Made by a program: the position numbers and the translations under genes. The notes beneath the pieces are model-generated. The model made no database searches. It saw nothing but the letters and a program-made list of their open reading frames with translations, and had not been told where the DNA came from. A stretch of 63,606 nt of DNA, the filler included, from Candidatus Sysuiplasma jiujiangense (GTDB taxonomy: Archaea; Thermoplasmatota; Thermoplasmata; Sysuiplasmatales; Sysuiplasmataceae): assembly GCA_019721075.1 (NCBI GenBank). It is 4 parts of 4 records of this genome, joined end to end, with 100 filler letters (N's around TTAATTAATTAA, not from the genome) between each part and the next. Parts side by side here need not be neighbours in the genome. Positions count along the whole stretch, not along the records: positions 18,778 to 36,653 come from JAHEAD010000025.1; positions 36,754 to 52,580 come from JAHEAD010000026.1; 2 more parts are not named here. The stretch is one strand, 5' to 3'. This document shows, in pieces, positions 27,836 to 38,077 of this stretch (positions are counted from its first letter, which is position 1; the number at the start of each line of letters is the position of its first letter).

Positions 27836-28381
27836 ATGTCATTTACCTCTTCCATGCCAGAAGAGACGGCGGAAGATATCGATTCGCTTGACAGAAAAAT
27901 ACTCCAGATTCTCTCCCATGACGGGAACATGAGTTTCCAGAATATAGCAAACAGGCTGTCGATCTCAAAATCAACTGTCCACAACAGGGTCAACACACTG
28001 CAGAAAAAGGGCATCATAAAGGGATTCTATGCCATGCTCGACCCTGAAAAGCTCGAGAACGGCATCACTGCAATCTCACTTGTCAAGGGGAGATACGGCC
28101 CGAAATATTCGCAGAATATCGGTAACGCAATATCGCAGATAAAGGGGGTATGGGGCGTTTATTTTGTCATGGGAGATGTTGATTTCATCGTACTGATAAG
28201 ATGCAGGACAAAAAACGAGCTTTCCGGCATCATTGAGCATCTCAGTAAAACGGAGGGCGTGGAGAGAAGCAGCACATTTTATGTCCTGGAAACACTCAAG
28301 GAGGCTTACAACGAGTCGGTGCTGATCGAACAGGACAGCGAAGCGGTAAAACAGACAAGACGGCCAAGAAGGTTGAAATGA
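27836..28381 (+). CDS. Lrp/AsnC family regulator
   Basis: IDSLDRKIL HTH; VMGDVDF. Confidence 0.9.
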   Translation: MSFTSSMPEETAEDIDSLDRKILQILSHDGNMSFQNIANRLSISKSTVHNRVNTLQKKGIIKGFYAMLDPEKLENGITAISLVKGRYGPKYSQNIGNAISQIKGVWGVYFVMGDVDFIVLIRCRTKNELSGIIEHLSKTEGVERSSTFYVLETLKEAYNESVLIEQDSEAVKQTRRPRRLK

Positions 28382-28735
28382 AAGACAAAGGATTGCAGAC
28401 GGGCTGGCCATGCAGCATGACTGAAACCGGTTCCGGTTTCGTGCCGGACCCTGTCATCTCTTTCCGATAAGGGAAAGTGAACAGTCCATTTGTTTGTCGT
28501 AAAGCCACTTCGATTTAATTTCGTTCAGCAGCCCATACGATCAAATGGATTTTGGGCAGCTGCGCTAAGTGATGCCAGTACAATAATTAGTAAATTTTAT
28601 TGTTTATGAAATGCCCTTTATTAAGGCGACGGAAAGGTATTAAAACGCCCTCTCTAAAGCTATTTGTAATCGTGGAGGTATCTTCAAATCAACCCATTCT
28701 GCTGATGCCGGCAAAGACGGCAGGAGGCATGGATT

Positions 28736-29200
28736 ATGACTGTTACACAGAAATACGGGCTCATTTTCGACCCGCTGAAATGCACAGGATGCAGAGAATG
28801 CGAGAAGGCGTGCGTTGATGCTCATCCTGACGACATCGTAAAGGAGCCGAGAATAAAGATAAAGAGCGGCAGCGCGGGCCCGTTCAAGGCAACCTACTGC
28901 GTACAGTGCAACGAGTGCGCCCCTTCCGCAGTCTGCCCGTCAGATCTCATTACATTCGACAAAGCCAGGTTTACATGGCTCCTGGAAGAGGAAAGATGCA
29001 TCGCATGCAACGCCTGCATACCAAAGTGCCCTTTCAACGCTATCTTCCTTGACCCTACGATGGGGGTTGAGACCGCATACAAATGCGATATGTGCATAGG
29101 TGTTACGGGCGGCCCGAAGTGCGTGTCTGCATGTCCCACATCCGCCATAGCATTTAGCATAGCCCCAATCGAGAAAGTCAGGGAGGGTGCCGTTACTTGA
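28736..29200 (+). CDS. Multi-[4Fe-4S] ferredoxin-like subunit
   Basis: CTGCRECEKAC, CVQC...CP, CIACNACIPKCP, KCDMC...CVSACP. Confidence 0.9.
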   Translation: MTVTQKYGLIFDPLKCTGCRECEKACVDAHPDDIVKEPRIKIKSGSAGPFKATYCVQCNECAPSAVCPSDLITFDKARFTWLLEEERCIACNACIPKCPFNAIFLDPTMGVETAYKCDMCIGVTGGPKCVSACPTSAIAFSIAPIEKVREGAVT

Positions 29201-30750
29201 CCGCGGACGTAAACATCAGGGAAGAAGGGAAGACACCCGAAAAAAAGACGATTCCCGAAAGAGATGCGGGTCTGCAGAATCTCGACCTTCCCGCCTGGGT
29301 ACCGGCATGGGCAAGACTTGCACCCAAGATTTCCGTCGCGCCCCCCGGGCCCAAGAGCAAGGAGATTGTGAAGCTTGACAAGGAATACGTCTCGCACGCC
29401 TATGACAGGGTGTTTACCTTCACGATAGACAGGGCGGCTGGAGCCACGGTTGCCGATGTGGACGACAACCTGTATATCGACTGGACCTCCGGAATTGCCG
29501 TTATGAATGCGGGATGGGGTCATCCTGCAGTCGTTGATGCTGTAAAATCCCAGAGCGAGAAGCTCATACACTCATTCGCGAATGATACCTATTTTGACAA
29601 GGAGGCAGAACTGGCCAGACTTCTTTCAGACATATCATTCTCGGGCAAACTCAGGGGAACATTTTTCGGAAACAGCGGTGCTGAGGCTGTTGGAGCAGCT
29701 GCAAAGCTGGCGACTTACCACACGAAGAAATTCGAATTCCTTTCATTCTACGGTGCGTACCACGGCAGGATAGGCCCTGCGCTCAATTTCACCAGCAAAC
29801 TGAAATACAGGTTCGGATTTGGCCCGCTGAACAATACACTGTTCGCACCTTATGCGTACTGCTACAGATGCCCGTTCAAGATGGAGTATCCGAGCTGTGA
29901 CCTGTACTGCATGCATTTCATGGAAGACCAGCTGATGAATTTTGGAGGCGGCACAGGATCACTGGCGGCTGTCGTCGTGGAACCAGTCCAGGGCGAAGGC
30001 GGATACGTCGTGCCTCCTGACACGTTTATGCCTTTCCTCCGTAAATTCTGTGACAGGAATAACGCACTGCTCATCGCGGACGAAGTCCAGTCCGGACTGG
30101 GCAGAACGGGTAAGATGTGGGCTTCCGAGTGGTCAGATACCGTTCCGGACATCCTTGTCACCGGCAAGGCCGTAGGAGGAGGCGTTCCGCTCGGTGCCAT
30201 CATAGCCAAACCGGAAATAATGAAAAAGTGGAGACCCGGAACACATTCAAGCACATTCGGAGGCAATGCCATCCAGATGGCCGCCGGGATTGCGCACATA
30301 AATGCCATACTGAACGAAAAGCTTGCCGACAGGGCGCTTCTGGCAGGCAATTACGTCCTGAAGAGACTGCGCGAAATGCAGGAGAGATGGGAAATCATCG
30401 GGGATGTAAGGGGCAGGGGACTGATGATTGGCGTTGAATTTGTGAAGGACCGGAAGACAAAGGAACCGCTGGACCTTACACAGATGCAGGTCAGATGCCT
30501 GAAGAAGGGGTTGCTTACCCTCACTGCAGGGCCTTACGGCAATGTGATGAGAATTGCCCCGCCGCTTATAATTTCATTGGAATTCATGGACAAGGGGCTC
30601 GAGATATTCGAATCCGTGGTGAAAGAGATGCAGACAGAACTCACGAACGCGCAGTCGCCGCCTCCGGCCTCTCAGCCGGAGGGCGGCCAGCCGGTTGCAC
30701 AGCCTAAGCCCGATTCGGCACCGGCAAGCCAGCATCAGGAAGCCATGTAG
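29197..30750 (+). CDS. gabT: 4-aminobutyrate aminotransferase-like class III enzyme
   Basis: NSGAEA, EPVQGEGG, ADEVQSGLGRTG, TFGGN; Pro/Gln-rich tail. Confidence 0.75.
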   Translation: MTADVNIREEGKTPEKKTIPERDAGLQNLDLPAWVPAWARLAPKISVAPPGPKSKEIVKLDKEYVSHAYDRVFTFTIDRAAGATVADVDDNLYIDWTSGIAVMNAGWGHPAVVDAVKSQSEKLIHSFANDTYFDKEAELARLLSDISFSGKLRGTFFGNSGAEAVGAAAKLATYHTKKFEFLSFYGAYHGRIGPALNFTSKLKYRFGFGPLNNTLFAPYAYCYRCPFKMEYPSCDLYCMHFMEDQLMNFGGGTGSLAAVVVEPVQGEGGYVVPPDTFMPFLRKFCDRNNALLIADEVQSGLGRTGKMWASEWSDTVPDILVTGKAVGGGVPLGAIIAKPEIMKKWRPGTHSSTFGGNAIQMAAGIAHINAILNEKLADRALLAGNYVLKRLREMQERWEIIGDVRGRGLMIGVEFVKDRKTKEPLDLTQMQVRCLKKGLLTLTAGPYGNVMRIAPPLIISLEFMDKGLEIFESVVKEMQTELTNAQSPPPASQPEGGQPVAQPKPDSAPASQHQEAM

Positions 30751-32093
30751 CGCAGTGCGCCTTCTATCACTTCAACCGTCCGCCGCATTTCCGGCTTGGT
30801 TATTGCAGTGGAAACAAACATCGGCATTCCGCCCGTATTGAATATACCGTTATTGAGCAGATAGATGTCAAAGATTTTTCTGGCGGCACCGTCCGAGCGC
30901 AGGAGATCACGGTATCCCTTGATTTTTCCCCTGGAAAACACTATGTTTATTATGGAAGAGAGTCCGAGCACCTGGCAGTTCAGAGAATGCGCCTCGTCGA
31001 GTGACGAGACAGACTTGCGTATTGTCTGGGATATCTTCTCGAGATAAGCGTAGGTCCCTCCCCTCCTGAGTTCGCTGAGCGTCGCCAGCCCTGCGGCCAT
31101 GCTTATCGGATTGCCGTTGAATGTGCCGCCATGATAGACCTCGGCAGCCCCCTTCTTGTACCTGTCGAGCGAATCCATCAGGTCGCGGCTGCCCGCCACA
31201 GCACCGATGGGGAAGCCGCCGCCCAGTATCTTGCCGAGGGTCGTCATATCGGGCGTAATCCTGTATCTTTCCTGCGCCCCTCCGAGACCGAGCCTGAAAC
31301 CGGTTGTAATTTCATCCAGTATAAGGGGTATATCATATCTGTCCGTTATTTCACGGACGCCTCTCATGAAATCCCTGGTTGCTGCCCTGTAGCCGCCGGC
31401 AACCGGCTCCATGATAAGGCATGAGAGCTCCTTCCTGTTTTTCTTTATTATTGCTTCGGTCTCTTCAAGCCGGTTGAACGGCATTACCACCGTTCTGTAA
31501 AGGGTATGCTCCTGTATATCGGCCGAACGTGAATAAGGGTATGGGGAACGGGCCGGACCGAGCTCCTCTCTCGGAGTGTCGCAGCTTATGAGACCGTAAT
31601 CGAAGGAGCCGTGATAATGCCCTTCAAACTTGGCCACCTTTCCCTTTCTCCTGTTTCCCATTGCGATGCGAAGTGCCAGCAGATTGGCCTCTGTTCCGCT
31701 GGAAGTGAATGCAACCATCTCGGCGGATCTCACAATATCCGAAATTTCTGTTGCCAGCTGCATTTCGAGCGGGTTGGTTGCGCCGACGAGATTTGTGCCG
31801 TATGAATCGAATATCGATGATATTGCCTTCATTACTTTGGGGTCGCCGTGACCGAGAATGAGCGAGGAGGAGCCCATGTTGTAATCTATGTAGCTGTTGC
31901 CGTCAGCATCCTTGATCCTGGCGGCCTCCGCACCCTCAATCTGCAGCGGGTACGGGAACGAAGCGAAATCGTCTCCGCTCACGCCTCCCGGAAGGACTCT
32001 TCTTGCCCGGTGCCAGGCTTCCCTGGATGACGGCGTCATTTTTCTGAATTTCCGGATCTGCTCCCTGAGTTTTCTTTCTGCGTCCTGTTGCAT
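30735..32093 (-). CDS. Glutamate-1-semialdehyde aminomutase-like class III aminotransferase
   Basis: LPGGVS, SGTEA, KFEGHYHG, DEITTGFR, GTFNGNP. Confidence 0.85.
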   Translation of the reverse strand: MQQDAERKLREQIRKFRKMTPSSREAWHRARRVLPGGVSGDDFASFPYPLQIEGAEAARIKDADGNSYIDYNMGSSSLILGHGDPKVMKAISSIFDSYGTNLVGATNPLEMQLATEISDIVRSAEMVAFTSSGTEANLLALRIAMGNRRKGKVAKFEGHYHGSFDYGLISCDTPREELGPARSPYPYSRSADIQEHTLYRTVVMPFNRLEETEAIIKKNRKELSCLIMEPVAGGYRAATRDFMRGVREITDRYDIPLILDEITTGFRLGLGGAQERYRITPDMTTLGKILGGGFPIGAVAGSRDLMDSLDRYKKGAAEVYHGGTFNGNPISMAAGLATLSELRRGGTYAYLEKISQTIRKSVSSLDEAHSLNCQVLGLSSIINIVFSRGKIKGYRDLLRSDGAARKIFDIYLLNNGIFNTGGMPMFVSTAITKPEMRRTVEVIEGALRYMAS

Positions 32094-32496
32094 CGGCTTT
32101 CAGTGTATAAATAAAAGACGTTATATTTAAAATGGAAATCGGAAAAACCAATTTAAAAGGATCGCTGACCGAAACGGCCGCGCTCAAATCCGAAAATGCA
32201 CAGAACGCAACGTGAGAAAGGAAAACTTCCGGTCATCCCGGATATTAATGTCACGTAAGCGCGAACTCGTGCCCGGTGCGACGCACCAATGATGGTTGGA
32301 TGTGATGGCGCACACCGTTCGCGGAGAGCTGTCTGCTGATTCGCAGCACCGTAATGACAATGACTCTTCTGCTGCAAATCCTCAATGCAGCAGAACCACG
32401 GTTTGTGCAGTTTCCGATCCTTTCACACCCAAGAACCGCCGAGATCATGACTTTTTTTGCTGCAAACAAAGATATCCCTAGAAGATTATCCGGCCC

Positions 32497-32985
32497 GTGA
32501 TCCTGTCTCACGGAAGCAGAACACATGCGGCTGTGCATGGGAAACGGGTGGCGGAATTACGGAAGAGATACATAAAAGAAAATTATGTCATGGTGAAGAA
32601 GGCGCATTTCCCGTACGGGCGCTATATTTTTCGGGAAGAGAACGGGGAGACATACGCTTCTTGGATTCCCTTATACAGAGACAAGAGGATAGAAGGGTCT
32701 CTCAATGATCCTGACGGAAAGGCGCTTCTCAATTCCATAATGGATGTCCGGCGCATACCCGAACATGGCGGATTGATGCTCTTCACCATCTATGATGCTG
32801 GCGGTGGAGTTGCAGCCACGTTCATGAAACCGCCCGGCATCAGACTGATTGGCGAGGAGCATTATGCTGTCATGGTGGATGACTCGGTTTATCTCAGGCT
32901 TGACGACACCTCGGGCCGCGGAAACTATTCGATCCTGGCCCTGCGGGAAGAGTCGCAGAGGTGGAACGCACAGAAAAGCATTTGA
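32497..32985 (+). CDS. Hypothetical protein
   Basis: 162-aa ORF only; start uncertain. Confidence 0.45.
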   Translation: MILSHGSRTHAAVHGKRVAELRKRYIKENYVMVKKAHFPYGRYIFREENGETYASWIPLYRDKRIEGSLNDPDGKALLNSIMDVRRIPEHGGLMLFTIYDAGGGVAATFMKPPGIRLIGEEHYAVMVDDSVYLRLDDTSGRGNYSILALREESQRWNAQKSI

Positions 32986-33352
32986 GAATATCATCGTATC
33001 TGATAAATGTCGAAGGTACTGTCAATATGCCGATTGCATTGGAATCTCTGGTCCTTGCTGGCATATACACCGGGATGGAAGCAAACATGTTAATGGAGTC
33101 GCTGGTTTGAGTGCCTGAATGACGCTGGCAAATAAGCCTGAGGCTTTACATCAGATAACCGGTGATTCTCCGCCTTCCAGGTGATGAAATTGCGTTTGAC
33201 TACAGTACACATTGCTCTCAATTCAATGGGGTTTAACCAATGACTCGAATCATTTCGCGGTCAGGCTGCCTCCAACTTGCCGCAGAATACAGGAGTCTAT
33301 TTCAATATTGAGAGTATAATGAGATCTGGAAGAAACATCGGAAGCGGCACAT

Positions 33353-34498
33353 ATGTTAAGCCAAACAGAAAATACAGCCATGAGATCTGACAGCGGAACT
33401 CTCCTCAGGATCGAAAAACTCTCCGCGTCTTACAGTACCCCTTCAGGAAAGGTCAGGGCACTCAATTCTGTCAGCCTTGAAGTGAAGAGGGGCGAAGTTC
33501 TGGGAATTGTCGGTGAGACGGGTTGCGGAAAAAGCACACTCGGCCATTCGATACCCAGGCTGCTGCCGGAGCCTCCTTCTTCAATAGATTCCGGAAGAAT
33601 AATATTTGATGGTGTCGATCTGCTCTCGGTTAAGAAAAAGGACATGCCCCTGTACAGGGGTACGGGCATCGCCATGATTTTCCAGGAGCCGATTAATTCT
33701 CTTAATCCGGCATACAGAATATATGATCAGGTCGCAGAAGCAATAAGGATAAGGAAGATGAGGGAAAACGGAAGGAATCTTCCATCCGACATCAGGCCGT
33801 TCAATTATGGGCATCCGGAAAAAAATATCCCCAGTCCGGTGAAGACGGTGCTCCTGCCGTCGACGGATATCCGGCATTCTGCCAGAACTGGAGGAAGCGA
33901 AGAAATGAAGAAGGAAGTCATAGAGTTTCTTTCAACCGTGAGAATCAATGATCCGGAAAGAATACTCAGGCTGTTTCCACATGAGCTTTCGGGCGGAATG
34001 AGACAGAGAGTCATGATTGCAATGGCGCTGTCCGAGAGGCCGAAACTCATCATTGCAGACGAACCAACAAGCGCACTTGATGTAACAATACAGGCTCAGG
34101 TTCTCTCATTGATGAAGGATCTTATCAAGAAGGTGAATACATCCATACTCTTCATAAGCCACGACCTTGGCGTCATTGCAGAGATTGCCGACAGAATTGG
34201 CGTCATGTATGCAGGGCATCTGGTGGAGATAGGGAGTTCAGAGGACGTATTCAACAGCCCTGGCCACCCATACACAAGATCGCTGCTGAAATCTTTTCCT
34301 CATGGATACAAAAGCGACGGAAGACTACCGACCATAAAAGGAAACGTTCCGAGCCTGATCAGTTTGCCTGCCGGCTGCCCTTTCAACCCGAGATGCGAAA
34401 TGTGCATGAATGAATGCTGTGATGAGTATCCGGCCGTTATTGATCTGGGAGGAGGACATCTTGTTTCATGTCACCTCTATGACGGGGGCACGAGCTGA
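33353..34498 (+). CDS. dppD: Peptide ABC transporter ATPase
   Basis: GETGCGKS, LSGGMRQR, HPYT, C-terminal CPFNPRC. Confidence 0.9.
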   Translation: MLSQTENTAMRSDSGTLLRIEKLSASYSTPSGKVRALNSVSLEVKRGEVLGIVGETGCGKSTLGHSIPRLLPEPPSSIDSGRIIFDGVDLLSVKKKDMPLYRGTGIAMIFQEPINSLNPAYRIYDQVAEAIRIRKMRENGRNLPSDIRPFNYGHPEKNIPSPVKTVLLPSTDIRHSARTGGSEEMKKEVIEFLSTVRINDPERILRLFPHELSGGMRQRVMIAMALSERPKLIIADEPTSALDVTIQAQVLSLMKDLIKKVNTSILFISHDLGVIAEIADRIGVMYAGHLVEIGSSEDVFNSPGHPYTRSLLKSFPHGYKSDGRLPTIKGNVPSLISLPAGCPFNPRCEMCMNECCDEYPAVIDLGGGHLVSCHLYDGGTS

Positions 34499-35533
34499 TT
34501 GGAAGACGGCACACTTTTCGAAGCAAAGAAGGTGACCAAATACTTTGAACTTCAGAAAACCTTTTCCGAGACACTTTTCAGAAAGAAAGCAAGACGTGTT
34601 CATGCTGTTGACGGGGTAAGTCTCAAGGTGAAGCGTGGCGAGGTTATGGGACTGATAGGCGAAAGCGGTTCGGGAAAAACAACCTTCGGATGGCTTGCAA
34701 CGAAGCTGCTTACGCCAACATCCGGAAGAGTGATTTTCAACGACACAGACGTTACAGACCTGCATGGCGAAGAACTCAGGACCTGGAGACGCAATATACA
34801 GATTGTCTTCCAGGATCCGCTAACCTCGCTTGATCCGAGGTTAAAGGTCTGGCAGATAATTGGTGAACCTCTCAGAGCGTCGGGAATCAGGAACAGGAAA
34901 GAGATACTAGAGAGGGTAAAGACGGTCCTTGACGAAGTTGGCCTTCCGGAGAACAGTTACAACCAGTATCCGCACGAATTCAGCGGCGGAGGCAGACAGA
35001 GAATATCAGTTGCAAGGGCAATAGTCCTCAACCCGAAGATGATTGTTCTTGATGAACCTACGAGCGCACTCGATGTTGCCGTTCAGGCACAGATTCTTAA
35101 CAGACTTGTTGAACTTCAGAACGAACGCCACCTTACCTATCTTTTCATTTCCCACAACATCGGTGCCGTCCGCTACATTTCCGATTCAGTCGCAATAATG
35201 TATCTTGGAAAAGTTATGGAGACTGGAAGCGTGATGGAAGTAATTGAGAAACCGATGCACCCATACACCAAAGCACTTCTCATTTCCGTACCCGTTCCTG
35301 ATCCGAAGAGAAGAAAATTCAAATTCGAAATGGAGGGTGAAATACCTTCCCTGATCGATATACCTCGGGGGTGCAGGTTTGCCGGCAGATGCCCGTTTAC
35401 AAAAGAAGAGTGCAGGACGGCGGAGCCGGAACTGAGGGATCTTGGCTCCGGTCACTATGTGGCATGCCATTTTGCTGAAGAACTTGCCGAGAATAACACA
35501 TTAACATCAGGATGGCGGCGTCACAATTTCTGA
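34499..35533 (+). CDS. dppF: Peptide ABC transporter ATPase
   Basis: AVDGVS, GESGSGKT, FSGGGRQR, HPYT. Confidence 0.9.
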   Translation: MEDGTLFEAKKVTKYFELQKTFSETLFRKKARRVHAVDGVSLKVKRGEVMGLIGESGSGKTTFGWLATKLLTPTSGRVIFNDTDVTDLHGEELRTWRRNIQIVFQDPLTSLDPRLKVWQIIGEPLRASGIRNRKEILERVKTVLDEVGLPENSYNQYPHEFSGGGRQRISVARAIVLNPKMIVLDEPTSALDVAVQAQILNRLVELQNERHLTYLFISHNIGAVRYISDSVAIMYLGKVMETGSVMEVIEKPMHPYTKALLISVPVPDPKRRKFKFEMEGEIPSLIDIPRGCRFAGRCPFTKEECRTAEPELRDLGSGHYVACHFAEELAENNTLTSGWRRHNF

Positions 35534-35542
35534 GAATCGCAA

Positions 35543-36460
35543 CTACCTCACAATTATCTTTCTTGCGCGGGGATCAAGCAGTTCTCTCAGCGCGTCACCG
35601 AGAAGGCTGAATGCGAATACCGCGAAGAATATGGCGAAGCCTGGAGCAAGGGCTATCCAGGGCGCCTGGAAAATAAAGCTCTCACCCCTGAACACCATTC
35701 TTCCCCATTCGGGAATTGGTGAAGGAACCCCGACACCAAGAAAACTTAGAGTGGAAAACGTGAGGATGACTGTGCCGATGTCCATTGTAAGGTAAATGAT
35801 GAGCGTATCGAATATATTTCTCAGTATATGTCTGAACAGTATAACAATTTCGCTGACGCCTGCGGCCCGCGCTGCAACGACATACAGCTGGTTCTTAGCA
35901 GAAAGTGTCTGACCCCTTGCGAGTCTTGCGTAGGCGGTCCACCAGATAACTGAAAGTGCTTCAATCGAATGTATTACGGAAGGACCGAGGAGCACAGCAA
36001 CCGCAAGAGCCAGTACGAGTGTCGGAAATGAAAGAAATACATCTGTTATCCTCATTATCACAGTGTCTGCCTTTCCTCCAAGATAGCCTGAAATCATGCC
36101 TACGGTTCCGCCGATGAACATCGCTATAAGGCCAATGCTCAGACCTATTCCCAGGTCCAGCGGAGTCGCATCCAGCGTTCTCGAAAATACATCTCTTCCG
36201 AGTTCGTCCGTTCCAAAAAGAAATTTTGGGCCCGGTGGAAGAAATGGTTTTCCTGTAAGTATGCGGTAAGGGTTGTAGGGAAGGACTGAATTACCGAATA
36301 TCAGAACCGCCAGCGCGGCTACCACGTAAGCCATCACAAGAACAAGCCCTATGATAGACAGCGGATTGCTCCTTAGTATGAACCATATATTCGATAATCC
36401 GAATTTGAATCTCGAATTTCTTTTGAATAGTGACTTCACCTGAAAATGCAACACTTTCAT
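35543..36460 (-). CDS. dppC: Peptide ABC transporter permease
   Basis: FGTDELGRDVFSR, PEWG, LGDALR; sequence upstream of ATG 36460 is IS-derived. Confidence 0.9.
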   Translation of the reverse strand: MKVLHFQVKSLFKRNSRFKFGLSNIWFILRSNPLSIIGLVLVMAYVVAALAVLIFGNSVLPYNPYRILTGKPFLPPGPKFLFGTDELGRDVFSRTLDATPLDLGIGLSIGLIAMFIGGTVGMISGYLGGKADTVIMRITDVFLSFPTLVLALAVAVLLGPSVIHSIEALSVIWWTAYARLARGQTLSAKNQLYVVAARAAGVSEIVILFRHILRNIFDTLIIYLTMDIGTVILTFSTLSFLGVGVPSPIPEWGRMVFRGESFIFQAPWIALAPGFAIFFAVFAFSLLGDALRELLDPRARKIIVR

Positions 36461-36653
36461 CCGCTCCTTGAAACTTACCCGCTCATCCCTAAGGATATGG
36501 TGTTCATTTCCTGAATCACAGGGGGACACTGAGCAAGGAGTTCTGCAACCTCCAGCCTCAAACAGGCGTTTAAACTCTCCGCCGAACTGGCGGCGAGCCC
36601 TGACAGATTGATCGCGGCGTTGAGGTCGCGATCAATCCTCGAGTTGCACATCT
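36461..36653 (-). mobile_element. Right end of a TnpB-encoding IS (IS607-like end), including the predicted omegaRNA region
   Basis: TnpB C-terminus followed by ...GTAAGTTTCAAGGAGCGG; GC-rich hairpins. Confidence 0.7.
36475..36651 (-). CDS. tnpB: TnpB C-terminal fragment (contig-truncated)
   Basis: Hand translation CNSRIDRDLNAAINLSGLAASSAESLNAC (RuvC-III DRDxNAAxN). Confidence 0.85.
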   Translation of the reverse strand: MCNSRIDRDLNAAINLSGLAASSAESLNACLRLEVAELLAQCPPVIQEMNTISLGMSG

Positions 36654-36753
36654 NNNNNNNNNNNNNNNNNNNNNNNNNNNNNNNNNNNNNNNNNNNNTTA
36701 ATTAATTAANNNNNNNNNNNNNNNNNNNNNNNNNNNNNNNNNNNNNNNNNNNN
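36654..36753. other. Artificial contig spacer
   Basis: N-run containing TTAATTAATTAA. Confidence 0.99.
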
Positions 36754-37474
36754 ACTCGTCACACTGGACCGATACGGCAGGCATTCCATTCTTTATCAGC
36801 AACCTGTCCCCGTTCAGCAGTTCCAGTTGCTCCTGGAACTCCCTGAACCTCGATTCCATGTACTCCTTCTTCTTTGCCTCGTATTTCTCCCAGAGTTCCT
36901 TTGAGGGCAGCTGGAACTTCACCATCTTCACCACTATCTTTGATATGCCTCTGTGGATCCTCGGGAATTTGGCAAGAGGATGCTCAGGATCGAAGGTGTT
37001 CCTGGACAGGAGCTTCATCTTCATCAACCCCTGAACGTCGGTTGATTCGAACCTTATGTGCACCAGCCTCCTGGACTGCCTCTCGATAAAAATCTCATCA
37101 GGCACCGTGATGAACGTCAGTATCTGCTTGTACCTGAACCCCTGCGTAAGCATGCCGAACACCTTGGCACTCATTTCCTGCCAGAGCCTCGCATTTATGC
37201 CAAGGCCGGCATCGTCGAAAACTATCACTGATCCTGGCGGAAGTCCGGCATTCACCAAAGCTATGAACTCCTTGACCGTGAACACGATCCTGTCCACGCT
37301 GAAGGTAGGATCAACCCTTTCTGCAAGCCTTATGGAAGCCAGCGACTTCCCCGACCCTGTGTCGCCAATGAATAAGGCGATCAGGTTCCTGTTTTTCCTG
37401 ATCCTGTGCCTTATCCACTGCAGAAGCCAAACGCTGTTCTTTGTGGTGTCATCCTCACTTACATTCTCTGTCAT
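36754..37474 (-). CDS. Zot/pI-like ATPase (C-terminus cut by the contig end)
   Basis: GDTGSGKS; ortholog of 1419-2597. Confidence 0.85.
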
Positions 37475-37830
37475 ATTCCTTCATCTCCTCCTTCAGTATA
37501 CGTGAGATTCTGAGGGATCATCAGCCCTAGCCTGGAGTAAAGCCGGGAGATGGATCCGAGCCACTGGAACAGGGCATCATAGCCCTCTGACACGTACCTT
37601 GCGGACGGGTAGTCCCTGGACACGTCCCTGATCCTCTTCATGGCAGCCCTGTACTCGGCCTCATATTCCTGGTCATGGTACCCTGATAGTAGGTGGTGCA
37701 GTGCCTTCAGTTTCTCTCCCCAGCTGTACAGGTTCCTCGGATTGTGAGGCGTTTCCCCAGGGTATTCCGACGCCTTGACCAGCAGGTCGTAGAGTAGCCT
37801 CATGCCCTCTGGCGTCTCGTTATCTGCCAT
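37471..37830 (-). CDS. Conserved hypothetical protein
   Basis: Ortholog of 2594-2956. Confidence 0.8.
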   Translation of the reverse strand: MADNETPEGMRLLYDLLVKASEYPGETPHNPRNLYSWGEKLKALHHLLSGYHDQEYEAEYRAAMKRIRDVSRDYPSARYVSEGYDALFQWLGSISRLYSRLGLMIPQNLTYTEGGDEGI

Positions 37831-38077
37831 TCTTCCTCCCTATCCTGAAGTCAAGCGTTTCCGGAAGGTCGATGAGGCTCAGCCTGGTGAACTCACTGCT
37901 CCCGTTCATCGGGTGCGAGGACTCGTCGAAGATCTCCGAGAGCGGCGGCGATCTTTCACCCTCGTCCTCCATCTCTGCAAACGACCGGTACATGTGCCTG
38001 ACCCATTCATTATCCTTCATTTTCGGGTTGGAGAAGAACAGGTCCCTGAACACGTTCTCCGTGTTCCAGTCCCTTAT
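37820..38077 (-). CDS. Conserved hypothetical protein; probable ATA start
   Basis: Homology with 2946-3203 extends to the ATA overlapping the upstream TAA. Confidence 0.7.
   Translation of the reverse strand: MRDWNTENVFRDLFFSNPKMKDNEWVRHMYRSFAEMEDEGERSPPLSEIFDESSHPMNGSSEFTRLSLIDLPETLDFRIGRKNGR

Noticed and set aside
30735..32093. Assignment as hemL
   Set aside because: No tetrapyrrole genes nearby; may be a paralog with another substrate
36461..36529. N-terminal extension of dppC given in the ORF track
   Set aside because: Lies inside the IS right end and overlaps the tnpB 3' end
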